From the NCBI GenBank assembly GCA_003344405.1, contig NOWV01000028.1:558001-617331 (forward strand): a stretch of 59,331 nucleotides of DNA. Direction: 5' to 3'. The stretch is from Trichoplax sp. H2. Lineage: Eukaryota. Made by a program: the position numbers and the translations under genes. Every line of letters starts with the position of its first letter. The first letter of the stretch is position 1. Below, piece by piece: positions 12,147 through 25,396 of this stretch. The notes beneath the pieces are model-generated. The model made no database searches and was not told where the DNA came from. It saw only the letters and a program-made list of their open reading frames with translations.

Positions 12147-12893
12147 TTATGCTAATAATTTATGGAGAGATTGCGTTAAATCATCAAAGTTATAACCATA
12201 CGGCCCTGGACCACCTTTGTAAAGGATCTTATAGTCATCAGAAACGACATAAAGGCGTTCAGGTACTGCATCGTAAAGATTTGATGTAGTATCATCGATA
12301 TCGTCTACAACGATAGCATGCTGAAATGAAGAGTTTTGGATAAAGGCTTGCGCGACTTTCATCCTATCTTCTAATGTTTTAGGCTGTTTAAAGCATATCC
12401 CCAAGTCTTCATTCATACCTGATAATCTCCAGCCATCAGTAGCATGAGCTTCACGAATATAAATGGTAATAAATTCCACACGATCATCAAATTGACGACA
12501 ACAATCGTCATATTGAGGAATGGAACGACGAAATGGGGGTCAGGTATAAGAACCAAAATTGAGGACAGCTAATTTTTTATTGCTTTCTTGAATGATTTGA
12601 TGGATATTGGTTACACCTTTATTAATAGTGTAGAGTTTACCAGCAGGTGCTTGTTTGCCTATTTTTAACGTTCCATATTGAATATAGGCTGATTGATCTT
12701 GGCCAAGTCGACCTAAAGTGTCTCTATCCATCCAATAGAATATATTTATTCTTGGTGAGTTGGCAATTAATTGTCGATAATACTTGATCCATATGATTGG
12801 ATTATGGATAAAGCAAATCCAGTTTAAACGTATAAATACTAGCAATCCGTACAATGCTAGCAGCCATGATTTTAGACCATCAACGAAAGCCAT
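12147..12893 (-). CDS. DIO: Iodothyronine deiodinase-family selenoprotein, 248 aa, Sec118 encoded by in-frame TGA at 12542-12540, intronless CDS
   Basis: ORFs 12540-12899 and 12147-12479 share a frame and join through TGA: LAVLNFGSYT-U-PPFRRSIPQYDDCCRQFDDRVEFITIYIREAHATDGW...LEDR...VVDDIDDTTSNLYDAVPERLYVV...YKGGPGPYGY. This matches the deiodinase motifs FGSxTUPPF, YIxEAH.DGW and ERLY. N-terminal hydrophobic anchor present; SECIS downstream. Confidence 0.95.
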
Positions 12894-13612
12894 AGCCAAA
12901 TCGTACCGTCTAATGCACTATGTTGACTGAGATGTTTTGATTTACTGCTCAAACTGTGTTGAATGTCGGCAAGAGTTTACAAGGTAGCAAAATAGTTTTG
13001 GATGCCGAGGTAGCCTTTGATGACAGCAGCACCTACTTACTATAGTACTCAAGCTTCAGCAACTACTTAAGTAAGAAGAAAGGGAAGGGACAGAAGAAGG
13101 AAATGATGCTTGACTATGTCAATAATATAATGTGGAGGCTGATTAATTAGTTTACTGGTCATTTCAAATATATCGTATGTCTGCAACAGTACACTAAATA
13201 ATAGTTGGCGATGGATATTTAAATGAGCTATTCTTAGCATAAAGGTAAGGAAAAAAAAAACTACCAGTGCTAATATACCCACCCTACTCACTACTTAGTA
13301 ATGGTAGAGATGCCGGCAGTCCATGATTGTTAGCTAGCCAAGTTGATTTTGTTCAGTATCGCATATAATTTCATTGCTACCGTAGCGGAGAATGGCTCGA
13401 AAAATGATCGATTCCATATGATGTTGCACTCAAGGCCATTTCTTGTTCCCATCTCTTCCTTTTTAGTACTGTCATCCCTAGTGACGGGCTGCAAACACCA
13501 ATGCGATAATGGCGACATGGCGATGCCAATGCTCAAGCTTACTCAAGCCTGCTGACAAATACAACGGCTAAAATAATTGCCTAGAAATTTACGTCGGACA
13601 TTGCCTGTTTGA

Positions 13613-14182
13613 CGTCTATTTAATTCATTCAAATTGCTACGATACTATACAGTACACTGTGGATCCATGTTGATCATTGCCTACGGTAAAAGAGAGGTCA
13701 TTTTATTGAATGCATCCATCATCATGTCTCCATTTTGAACATGGTTCCTACTGGTGATGTTTGAAAATAGCTGATCGGTATACTGTAATACTATTTCAAG
13801 CTAGTATTTTGAAAGAGTGCTTCAAAATGATGAGCATCTCGTCAAGCTAATTGAGAAAGAGTCATGATAATATAGAAGATAGACTGTATATTATTTGGCG
13901 TCTATTTAATTCATTCAAATTGCTACGATACTATACAGTACACTGTGGATCCCATGTTGATCATTGCCTACGACAAAATAGAGGCCATTTTATTGAATAC
14001 ATCCATCATCATGTCTCTCCATGTTGAACATGATTCCTGCTGGTGATGCTTGAAAATAGCTCATCTACTGTAATACTATTTTTAAAGCTAGTATTTTGAA
14101 AGAGTGCTTCCAAATGATGAGCATCTCGTCAAGCCAATTGAGAAAGGGTCATGATAATAGAGAGGCTAGATCCTGTATATTA
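13613..14182. repeat. Direct tandem duplication, about 287 bp x2, between the divergent DIO and SPAG7 starts
   Basis: cgtctatttaattcattcaaattgctacgatactatacagtacactgtggatcc...gagcatctcgtcaagc...gtcatgataat occurs at about 13612 and about 13899. Confidence 0.9.
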
Positions 14183-14693
14183 TTCTACTGTATCGAATAT
14201 ATAATTTAATTTTGTCCACGTTTATTAAATTAGTTTTAATATCAGTGGACATCATTTTTCCAATCCTATCGCTTTTGAAGCATCATTCTATATACAGTAT
14301 CCATAATATGGATTCCGCTATTGCAGAGACATTGAGACGGACACAAAGACGCATCTATAACTCTCCATCGGCTATGAACTACCAATAGAAAATAACTCGA
14401 CGTTTCTTTGAGTAGTCTATGCCATAAAATGACACTTAATAATGCAGTACTGTAGCAAGTAGGATATTACTACTGTATTAAGAGATGAAAGCTAAACTGC
14501 CGAGAAATGCAGTTAAGCAAAGTAGACGACAGAAAATTTGCCTACCGCCATTTTGACTTGCATGCCGGCCGGCAACTACAGTACGCCGGCCACAGTACAA
14601 CAAATTTGCTTGGTACTGTACACTGTACTGCTAGGGCTGGGCAGGAAGAAACATTCAATTAATTTTTTCCCATCTGCAAAACATTATTCCAAG

Positions 14694-17600
14694 ATGGATC
14701 TGCTGGATTCAATCATGAAATCGATGGATAAACCGCCATCCTTATCGCAAAAAGAGAAAAAGATCCAACGGGGTAATTTGATATTAGATAAATCACTTAC
14801 TAAATGTATCGGTTATTTATTATGGCTTTCCATCTTATGCAATACAATGGAAATGGCCCATCAACAGGAAAGCACGTTGCACCAAGAAGAGCATGCCATG
14901 CATGATCTTGGTGCAACAACGCTTTACTATCTTTCACGACATGTTATATTTGATAGTTTCAAATGGATGATATCTCTTTTTCAATGACTCGACCAGTTAA
15001 ACCTGCAATAGTAATAGATCATCGATAAACTAGTATATACAACTGTATATTTTGACTGCAATAGCTTATAGCCTTTGAAAAAGGGATACTGTACCATCAC
15101 GATGTTAATGGTATATCAATGATTACAACTGTGTCTGCAGATAGGGATCTTATGGTAATATCGAGGAAAGACTACTTTTCTAATTGCTCATCGTTGATAA
15201 CTAACTTAGTTGATTACTTAAACAGAGTAATCTTGCCATGGTTTTGAGCTTCAATTATTAATTGACAAGTAGAGATACTGCTATCACGATGTTAATGATA
15301 TATCAATGATTACAACTGTGTCTGCAGATAAGGGATCTTATGGTAATATCGAGGAAAGACTACTTTTCTAATTGCTCATCGTTGATAACTAACTCAGTTG
15401 ACTGCTTAAACAGAGTAATCTTGCCGTGCTTTTGAGCTTCAATAATTGATAGGTACAGACGCTTATATCCCTTGTGCAGTACTATATACTCTTACTTTGG
15501 TAGCTTCTTCACCAATATTACGTACAGTACAACTTTCAGATGTCATTTTTAGGACTAGTGAAAATGAAGAATTACTATAAAATATGATATTGACTTAGCC
15601 TTACTCTGATGTAATACTTCACAATTCTTATACGGTTATTTGTTCTCTCTGGCCATTTGTAATTGGAATGCTACTCANNNNNNNNNNNNNNNNNNNNACT
15701 TAAACAGAGTAATCTTGCCATGGTTTTGAGCTTCAATTATTAATTGACAAATAGAGATACTGCTATCACGATGTTAATGATATATCAATGATTACAACTG
15801 TATCTGCAGATAGGGATCTTATGGTAATATCGAGGAAAGACTACTGTTCTAATTGCTCATCGTTGATAACTAACTTAGTTGATCACTTAAACAGAGTAAT
15901 CTTGCCATGGTTTTGAGCATTAATTATTAATTGACAAATAGAGATACTGCTATCACGATGTTAATGATATATCAATGATTACAACTGTGTCTGCAGATAG
16001 GGATCTTATGGTAATATCGAGGAAAGACTACTTTTCTAATTACTCATCGTTGATAACTAACTCAGCTGACTGCTTAAACAGAGTAATCTTGCCGTGCTTT
16101 TGAGCTTCAATAATTGATAGGTACAGACGCTTATATCCCTTGTGCAGTACTATATACTCTTACTTTGGTAGCTTCTTCACCAATATTACGTACAGTACAA
16201 CTTTCAGATGTCATTTTTAGGACTAGTGAAAATGAAGAATTACTATAAAATATGATATTGACTTAGCCTTACTCTGATGTAATACTTCACAATTCTTATA
16301 CGGTTATTTGTTCTCTCTGGCCATTTGTAATTGGAATGCTACTCACGGTTCCTTAAGCAAGCGTTCATCGATGGAGAAAATCAAGATAGCTTCACTTTGG
16401 ATATAACATAGGCTTACGTTGAGCTCCTATGAAAGTGCATATCCTAAATAGAGATCTGACGTAATCTAAAGCTTACGTACTGATATTCGTCTACAATGCT
16501 GTCTTATCACAAGAATTTATATAAACTACATACATACATACAGTACTCTAAGATCTACCTCTGGTTAAATCTTATATTCTACATGACTCTATACTAGATC
16601 TAATGATACTATTTTTCGTTGAGACGAACAATCCTTGTGTCAGTAACCTTATTCAAGTGGAATATGTAATATGTATCATCTGCATAAAGCTCGTAATGAA
16701 GTAAATTAATCTTTGATGATCAAGGCTTACTCGTCATATTATTCTAAGCAACGTTTTCCCGCCGATTGGAATATAGTACCCGTATGATCTTAAACAAGAG
16801 TTGCCCCTACCTAATGCTGATCGCTGTGTATTGAATAAGTCGCAATCGTCTATATAACTTTTTGTCTCTTTACCATGTAGCTAAGAAAGAATTTTTGCAA
16901 AAACAACAAGAAAAGGAAAAAGAATCCATGTCCAAATTTAATACACAGGTATTAGCCTAACCGTTGCTTTCTTAAGTTGATGATCGGAATGTTTATCCTT
17001 GACCTAATATTGCTCTTGATCTATTAATTAGGTTCTAGACCAAATTTCGGCATTTATCAATGACGCAAATGCCAAAAAACTGACGTATGAACCGATGGAT
17101 AAAATTCACCGAACTGCTATGTTAGTGCTTTCATAAACTCCAGTACTAATTTCATAGAGTAATAGATAGGATAATGATATGGAAGAAGGTTACAGCTTAC
17201 GGACTAATAATTAATATAACTTAGAACTTAACAAGAAGCTCTTTTCTGCTTAATTTTGAATTTAATTTGTTTTCGTCGGAATAAATAAACATGTCAATTG
17301 ACACAGTAGACAAATGGCAGATTAAACGATTGCTTTTTATCTTCGGTGACTTCACAATTCCCTAATATGATTTTAACCTATGTTAAACTAGACATGAAAT
17401 AGTTGAAAATGCTGGTTTACTATCATACTCTTTCGGACAAGAAGGTGAATCTCGTTATGTAATGGTCTTCAAAAAGGTAGCGCCATAGCCTAGCATACCT
17501 GCTCATGTTAAGCCTTTCATTTATATTCTAATCAACATGCAATTATGTAAGATTTGATTTATCGTAACGAAATGTTAATTTCTAGGAATTTCCTCCATCC

Positions 17601-18268
17601 GAAGAAGAATTGGCCGCATATAGACGAGGAGAGGTTATTACTAATTTCTTATATTATTATGAAATGTTAAATACTTGGCATTTTAATGTGTTAGAGGCCT
17701 TTGACGAATTATTGTGTTAACATTCAACGGATGCTAATAGAATTCTCTGCTGCCTTTTCAAAGGAATATGATCCAAGTGCTAAAAAGGATAATACTGACA
17801 TAGATGATCACCAAGAAGAGGATAAAATAAAAGATAGCAAGCCCAAGCGAGATTATAGGGAGAAATATATGAAAATAGTCGGAAAGGAGAGTGGCATTGA
17901 AGCTGCAAAAATTACTGTTCCTAATGAAAATTTTGGATTTGGTAAAAACATTACTAAAAAAGTTAAATTAGTTATTTTAGTCAAGTTAATGTTATAATAA
18001 TGTATTAGTAGTGACAGTGTAACTACATAGTCGTTGCGCATGGTTATGAAAATGTCGTGTCTGCTTATAAATAATGATACATACAAAGTAGTAGTAAGCA
18101 TTGAATTTTTCTTCATTTCCGTTGCAATCCTTTGCAGTACCAAGTAGTAACAAAAGAGATCAGCGCTCGATTGAGGAAACTCTGAACGAAATTCGTTCCC
18201 GAAAGCGTTCTAAGAAGGAGACTGATGCTAAGAACGAAGGTGAAGACTCTGGTGAACAGAAACAGTAA
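14694..18268 (+). CDS. SPAG7: Sperm-associated antigen 7 homolog (R3H domain), 7 exons
   Basis: Exons 14694-14772, 16881-16948, 17032-17120, 17392-17476, 17586-17633, 17764-17941, 18138-18268. Translation MDLLDSIMKSMDKPPSL...EPMDKIHRTAIHEIVENAGLLSYSFGQEGESRYVMVFKKEFPPSEEELAAYRRGEEYDP...VPSSNKRDQRSIEETLNEIRSRKR is collinear with SPAG7. Confidence 0.95.
15095..16346. repeat. About 190-bp tandem units plus a ~450-bp block duplicated either side of an assembly gap (N 15678-15697) in SPAG7 intron 1
   Basis: atcacgatgttaatg.tatatcaatgattacaactgtgtctgcagatagggatcttatgg occurs at about 15096, 15284, 15765 and 15952. Block 15220-15677 is nearly identical to 15888-16346. Confidence 0.9.
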
Positions 18269-18798
18269 CTCTAATATGTGTAGCTTTTATCAATTTTCGA
18301 ATGTTGACTATTTGTAGGCATTGAAAATGTCGTTTGTAGAGTTTTTTATTTATACCTCAAATTGTAATACCCTATTTACTGTAAATACGTTCTCGTGAGT
18401 GTTATCATTTGCTTACATTCAATATTTAAAGCTTAAACAAGTATATGTATTATGCAGTCAGTGACTACATAATGTCTTCATCACTTGTACTTGATATACA
18501 AATATTAACATATACTTTGCACGTTACCATGTCCTTGCGAGCATCATCTTCTCATTTCAATGTTTACAGTAGTACCTCTCCCATTTTTCTGCTAGTTAAT
18601 TTAATATAACTAAACATCAGTTTATCATCGTAAATGGTTACTTTCATCATGTTATATGATAGCTATTGTAATCTATTGCGGCTAAGTATAGTTTCAAAGC
18701 GTGTGTAGATGGTAATCGATACGAACTATTGTTTCGTAATAATTGAAAACATGTTTAAGTACAAAATATAAATATGGCAAAGTTTCAATAAAATTCTT

Positions 18799-21700
18799 TT
18801 ATTGTTCGATATTTTCTTCCAAAAAATTAAATTTAAACGCTTGATCTTTCGTCGATTTTTCATCCACATTTTTGCCACTATTTGCATTCTACCATAAACA
18901 GTAATCATGTCGCATATAATCATATTTAGTTAACTGACAATCTTAAATATAAGGATCGCTTCTCTATCAGATATTAACCTGTAAAGTATAGGACTTTCTA
19001 TAGACCCTTCCGACTTTTTTTTCAGGATTGATCTTCTTAATACTCGATTGAGAAATCTTCATACTTGCTAAATTTAGATAGATATCGAATGATAGTACAT
19101 AACAATTCAAAAATACTGGCAAGACTTTGATAGGAAATGCACTTCTTAGCAATCATTATCCTGACTACAATAAGTGTTCTAGTGAATCATAATGGTGGTA
19201 ATTATTCCATACAATGTAATTTTAAAATCTAAAACTACAGTAATTATTTCTTAAAGGAGGGAAATCGGTCATTTTACCTGTTGCTTGCTCAAGAAGAGAC
19301 TGTTTAACTTTCATTTTGTAATCGCCAAAAGTTTGTCTTAGTAATATTTTCTTTTTGGTCTATGAAAGAAAAAGACAGAATGTACACGATCACTATCCAT
19401 CGACCATTGAGAAATATTTAATCCTGTATTAACTGATCCTTCATATATCTTTTATTAAAGTAGTCAATGAATCCAATATGCATTTAATAACTAATAAAGT
19501 ATAGCACAAGATCTTTATTTACAAAAACCAAACAATGTCATTTTGCCAATAATAATATTTCTTTCGTTTAAATACAATAACGTCATCATAGTATAAGTTA
19601 TAAGACTAGGGAAAAGAAACCCAATGATTACCTCAGGAGTTTTCTTCGATTGCAGAATTCGTAATAATTTTTGAGAATATTCCACTATAACATGAGAATG
19701 ATGCAAATTGAACTACTTTATTTCATTGATAGCACAGCAGATAGACGATTGATTGACTGTGTCTTTCCATAATTACAAGTGCAGATACCTACCAGCTTCT
19801 TTTTTATCTTTATTAGAAATAATGCCCAATTCTAATTGTTGAATAGCCCAAGCCAGTTCCTCCTCGAATTCTATCTGCAAGTAAATATCCGTTATATTTG
19901 TTACGCACAAATTTCCAATTGAACAACCTACTAACACTATTTCAAGCAAATACGAGATATTTGACTATGATTAAGCGTTGGATAACGCGCAAGTAATTCT
20001 TTTAGGTATGAAACTTACTCCTTCGCTTTCCGCTCCATTTATCTGTCAACAGTTTAATTGTAGAACAAATTTAATTCATTTTAAAAATTATCAGCGTACG
20101 CACAATTATGCTATGTTGACTACGTAGACTATATGGAAAGCATATAGAAAAAAGTAATGATATATTGTAATAAGTTATTCTTCATTTATGCAATACAGTT
20201 CAAGTTTTAGCTCTTCAAAAAATAAATAAACATCAATATATCTTAGTAGTTGATCATCCTCTCGTATCCTGTACATGCACTGAATTAAAGTGATTTGAAA
20301 TAACATTTTAGAGCCAAGTCGAAGATAGAATTAACTTGGAGAAGTGGAATACTAAAAGTCGCTATCCTTCGTCCGGAATACGAGGATAGTGTGATATCCG
20401 TCCCTACATGAAGTCTTAAGCGCCATATTGTATATCGAGATTTGGATAACAATTACTGTAAGTAGATATTACTCTACAGTTAATAACCATTCGAAAGTGG
20501 TGGACCTTTGGTATAGAACCAATATTAATAGGAAGTAGAGGACTAGGACTAGATCGAGTTTAACACAAGAACAATTACTGTAAGTAGATATTATGCTACA
20601 GTTTATAACCATTCCAAAGTGGACCCTTGGTATAGAACTAATATTAATTGAATTGAATAGGAAGTAGAGGAATAGGACTAGATCGAGGTTAATACGAGAG
20701 CAATTACTGTAAGTAGATATTATTCTACAGTTAATAACCATTCGAAAGTGGTGGACCTTTGGTATAGAACCAATATTAATAGATAGTAGAGGTCTAGGAC
20801 TAAATCGAGTTTAACACTAGAACAATTACTGTAAGTAGATATTACTCTACTGTACAGTTAAATAACCATTTGAAAGTGGACCTTGGTATAGAACTAATAT
20901 TAATTTAACAGGAAGTAGACGACTAGGACTAGATCGAGTTTAATATGATAATAATTACTGTAAGTAGATATTATTCTACAGTTAATAACCATTCGAAAGT
21001 GGACCTTTGGTATAGAACCAATATTAATTTAATAGGAAGTAGAGGACTAGGACTAAATCGAGTTTAACGCAAGAACAATTACTGTAAGTAGATATTATGC
21101 TACAGTTAATAACCATTCGAAAGTGGACTTTTGGTATAGAACTAATATTAATTTAATAGGAAGTAGAGGACTAGGACTAGATCGAGTTTAATATGATAAT
21201 AATGACTGTAAGTAGATATTACTCTACAGTTTGTAACGACTAATCTTTGCTGTAGAATCAATTTTAAAAGGAAGTAGAGGACTAAAGCTAGATCGAGTTT
21301 AATGCGATAGGTCTACTGTAGGTAAAAATGATTGCGAACGATTGGGAATTTTCTACTATTTCATTCAAGGTTGATACTCCTGCTTCGTTAATGTATGAAT
21401 TATGAAGACATTGAATAGACCCCATACTAGTAATAAACTCGTTGAATTTGCGATACCTTTGCTGGTGCTATCAGCTCACATCATGATGTATAGCTTAGTA
21501 GTACACTAGTAACTGTCATGTACAACCTCCTGTTGATGATCTGCTTTTGATTCCAACTAAACCCAAGTTGCGAACAAAAGATCTGTTCTCAGGAAGTATT
21601 TTATCGTATACGAATGATCATACATTCTACTTCGATGTCGAGAGTAACTTGTCATCGGAATAAGTTACAAGATAGGACAATTTCATCGACAACTGCCTAG

Positions 21701-21963
21701 CTCATCGCAGTCAATGCAACCGTTCTACTTAAGCTAAGAGTTGATAACCAATTTGACAGAAAACTTTCCATTACTCCACCATAACTAATTCTCATCCATT
21801 TTACCCCTGTAGCAACGATAGTCAAAAGGCTTAGCTGAAAGTTGTCGCTTACCGTCGAGGCTGCATTAGCAGAAGTAACGTTTCCTTTCTTGGAATTTTT
21901 TACTTCTTCTCTCCGCTTTCTATTTCTAGCTTGCGTTTTACTTAATTTCTGAGAAGTAGCCAT
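18799..21963 (-). CDS. C8orf33: UPF0488/C8orf33 (DUF4615) homolog, 176 aa, 7 exons
   Basis: Exons 21963-21853, 20042-20019, 19874-19793, 19684-19632, 19359-19278, 19067-18979, 18888-18799, all phases compatible. Translation MATSQKLSKTQARNRKRRE...FEEELAWAIQQLELGI...LRILQSKKTPETKKKILLRQTFGDYKMKV...AFKFNFL matches the ELAWCxxQLELG, FGDY and FxFNF motifs of C8orf33. Exon 1 assignment is slightly less certain. Confidence 0.85.
20435..21325. repeat. Minisatellite, about 125 bp x7, in intron 1 of the C8orf33-like gene
   Basis: aattactgtaagtagatatt.ctctacagttaataaccattcgaaagtggacc...ggaagtagaggactaggactagatcgagtttaa recurs at 20451, 20573, 20702, 20824, 20953, 21077 and 21201. Confidence 0.95.
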
Positions 21964-22427
21964 TGCTATATACTGTATATGCAATCGTAAAACTTGTGAA
22001 ACCTTCTCTATACCATTGATTTCCCAAATGATCGTATCCACTGCTGCAATGGCTTCCTTCTCAAGAGTCGATGGCCATCAAAGATGCTCACTCACTTCAA
22101 TCAACCTTGACACTATCCTATTGCCGATATTGCTAACCAACGATAAGCTCAATAACAGTAGACAGTCCTTCTTATAATAATTTAGCTTGCTATGGTAAGA
22201 ATTTGCTCCTTCTTGGGCTTGAAGTTTGCAAGTTTTCCAAAGCAGTTTGCAAAATCTTGCTAGAAGCAAATCGCAAGAAGTTCAAGTGTTGATATCGTCT
22301 TGTTTCCTTTGGATCTTATATATAATTATATGAAATACTAGCGGATGTTTGAGCACTGTATGTGTACCAGCTCAATGTCCCAGCACAACCATCCGTTGCA
22401 TAGTAACGACAGTACAACTACACAAAC

Positions 22428-25396
22428 ATGGCATCGAAATACAGGAAAGGAAGGGGTAAATTGATACGATGACTGGACTATTTTAGCTCAGGTCCACCAT
22501 TCCATTAAGAAAGGCAAAGCTGGCTACATTGCAGATCAAGAAGAAGCTCCATAGCAAGATAAATGGATCAATTTTACTGTAGTTACTGTTAATGAGCTTG
22601 AAGTTAATAGCATCAGTGAGATATCTGCTAATTAAGAATAGTGTGTTTGTATGCAAGAGGATTTGCCAATGCAAAAGCTGCAGTGGACTGCAGGATTGCA
22701 GAAAGTTGTCGACAAATGCAACTCTTTCTACTTGCCAGGTCTGCTATCCAATTTTTAATTACCTTATGATGTAGTCTATACATTCTATATGAAGCTCAGG
22801 AAGTACTGAAGATATTTGCATTTTGTTGGTCATTTCCATTTTGCTATTATGAATTGATAATACGATCATGCATTGGCGTGATTGTGGAAGATTTTTGCAG
22901 AGATTGTATACTGTCGTGTCCAGCCTGCACTGCACCCTATACCTACCTTGCGAGGATCCAAAAGCAATGAAATCAATTCGTTCTTAACAATCAGTATCAT
23001 TGCTGTTGTCTGCTTGCATTTTAATACATTTTACTTGACATTCCGATGTTTATGGCCATGACCGGCTAAATTTGAAAGCATAACCTCCATTGGTTTCGAT
23101 TATGATGTCACATTACTTGCATGAAGGACTTCTCCTATAAATTTTAGTTTTCAAAAAGAGAAAGCAGTTCTTACTCGGTAATGTAATGGACGAGAAGACT
23201 ACTGTAGATCGAGCAGTTTATCCTGTTTCTCCCATGGTAGAAAATGGATCTTTGACAAATTCCTGCTAGTATCTATGGCACGGTAGCCTGGTACAGTAAT
23301 ATCTTTTCTCTTCCCATCTTGATAGTCCTTGTAACAAGGGGAATGTTAGAGATAGAGTTAGGGTTTCAGTTATAGCATGGAAGTACTGTAGATTATTGTA
23401 AATATCCAAAGCATTGGATGATTTACCCTATAGGAACCCTAGCGAATAAACGACAGGAAATGGCATTAGAAAGTATTTAAGCTCAGACATAAAAAATAAT
23501 ATTTAGGGTAGTAACAAAGTAATCGAAACTTGTTCCATCACCGTTAAGTTCTATAATTCTAATATACGCATATGTAATGATAGGTTCTACTCGTCCTTCG
23601 TCAAAGCCATTTACCCTTGATGGCCAGTGCATTGGCAGGATTCCTCCTTATGTGCTGCAACAACTTCATCATCACAAGAATGTATTCCAATTGGAAATGG
23701 ATGACTCAGAAAATATTACAAGAATTACACTTCATGATAGACTAAAATCATTCGATGAACGCACAAAAGCAGTAGACGAAGTAATGAAGGACTGGAGAGA
23801 CAATCATGTCTTTCCAGTCTTGGAAGGATGGAGGAATGAGGTAACGTTCATTTTATAGTAATTTCATCTATTGATATAGTAGAGTAGGTATAAAAAATAC
23901 GAGTACTTCGTAGGAAAAATAGTAAACATATCAAAAATCTATCTTGAAGTAGGCTGATAGTTACTTGTATCTAATATTATCAACAACGCCATTGAATAAC
24001 AAATCATATTAATGTAATATTACTCAAATGCTATTTCATATATTGACTATGTTGGTCTAGATGTACAAGGTTTCACAAACATACATATCAGGACCGTTAT
24101 TTAACATGGAGCGAAGTGCAACTTGTAAATCTTAATTAAGATAGCGAAATTGCTAGCTTACAGTAATCTAATAATGTCTTTAACTTGTAGTCTAATTGAC
24201 AAATAATCTTTTCCCTTATCTTCAGTACTACTTTGCTGCTTTATTCTATTTTACCGTAGTTCGCTATCGCTAACAAAATTCTGGCTTTCAATCGTAGCTT
24301 TGCTAGGTATAAGACAATATGGAATCCATGTGAATGGATTCTATATTGATTGCAAGAATGATGATGTTTTAATGTGGGTTGGTAAAAGGAGTAAGACGAA
24401 AGCAACCTTTCCTGGAAAATTAGATAACCTGGTAGGCAAATAATTCTGAGTACGCTCATAAACCGATATTCCATTTATTATCTAACTCATAACTACTGTA
24501 TTTATCTTATTCCATGTTATACTCGTATTTCATTGGATCAATATTTGATGTAGTCCATTTAACTACCAAAGATCAAATATGATAGTTGAGAATTGTACCT
24601 CATCTATTATTGTTACTATTCTAAGTTATGAAACGATATTATTTCTGTTTAATCTTTTGTAATGCATTTAAAGTATCATTATGGCTTGAAAATGATACTA
24701 TCAAGACGATATTTAACTGTATGTATATAGTTTGTGTAGGCTGCAATCCGATGCGAGTTGAGGTTTACTGTTCATCTTTGTACATATCCATATATTTTAT
24801 TTTTGAATTTAATAGGCTGCTGGAGGTATCTCCGTGGGGTACAACATTGCTGATACCTTGATTAAAGAATGCGCTGAAGAAGCGTCCCTCCCTGAAGAAC
24901 TTGCTAGAAGAGCAATCTCAACTGGAGCGCTAACGTAAGTGGCATATCACAGTAGCTAAACGATAATTTTTGTAAACGCTGTTGGTTAATCTAATACCAT
25001 AAATCATCTACTATACTATAAATAGCTATTGCTACGAGGATGAGAGAGGCTATTTTCCAGAAACTCAGTTTGTGTATGACCTAGAGTTACCTCCTGACTT
25101 TACTCCGGTAAATTCGGACGGAGAAGTAGAAGAGTTCTATCTCATGAAGCTAGAGGAGGTCCATAAATCAAATAATATCGATATTAAGTCCAACGTATTT
25201 CCTTTTTTGCTCTTTAGTTAATATTTTTGCTTGCTTATTGATGTTACGATAGGTTGTGCAACGTATTTCAGATGATGAATTCAAGCCTAATAGTGCACTG
25301 TCAGTAATAGATTTCTTAATTAGAAGGGGATATCTCAAGCCCGACGACCAAAATTATCTGCATATCCTGTCTGTGCTGCATCGAGATCTGGACTGA
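22428..25396 (+). CDS. Nudix hydrolase of the YJR142W / plant NUDT20 type (DUF4743 + NUDIX)
   Basis: Exons 22428-22455 (tentative; alternative start ATG 22651), ~22651-22738 (WTAGLQKVVDKCNSFYLP), 23584-23840 (...LEGWRNE), 24061-24124 (MERSAT), 24298-24431 (LLGIRQYGIHVNG...MWVGKRSKTKATFPGKLDNL), 24816-24934 (Nudix box AAGGISVGYNIADTLIKECAEEASL), 25026-25158 (PETQFVYDLELPPDFTPVNSDGEVEEF) and 25253-25396 (FKPNSALSVIDFLIRRG). Confidence 0.9.

Noticed and set aside
12540..12542. In-frame TGA as a nonsense mutation (pseudogene)
   Set aside because: It sits exactly at the catalytic Sec position, the rest of the frame is intact and a SECIS is present.
21400..23200. Possible decayed transposon or pseudogene suggested by slightly higher GC and scattered ORFs
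   Set aside because: It is explained by exon 1 of the C8orf33-like gene and the first exons of the Nudix gene; no transposase or reverse transcriptase motifs were seen.
23355..23510. TTAGGG telomere-like hexamers (also at 45670)
   Set aside because: Only one or two isolated units; not a telomeric or interstitial array.
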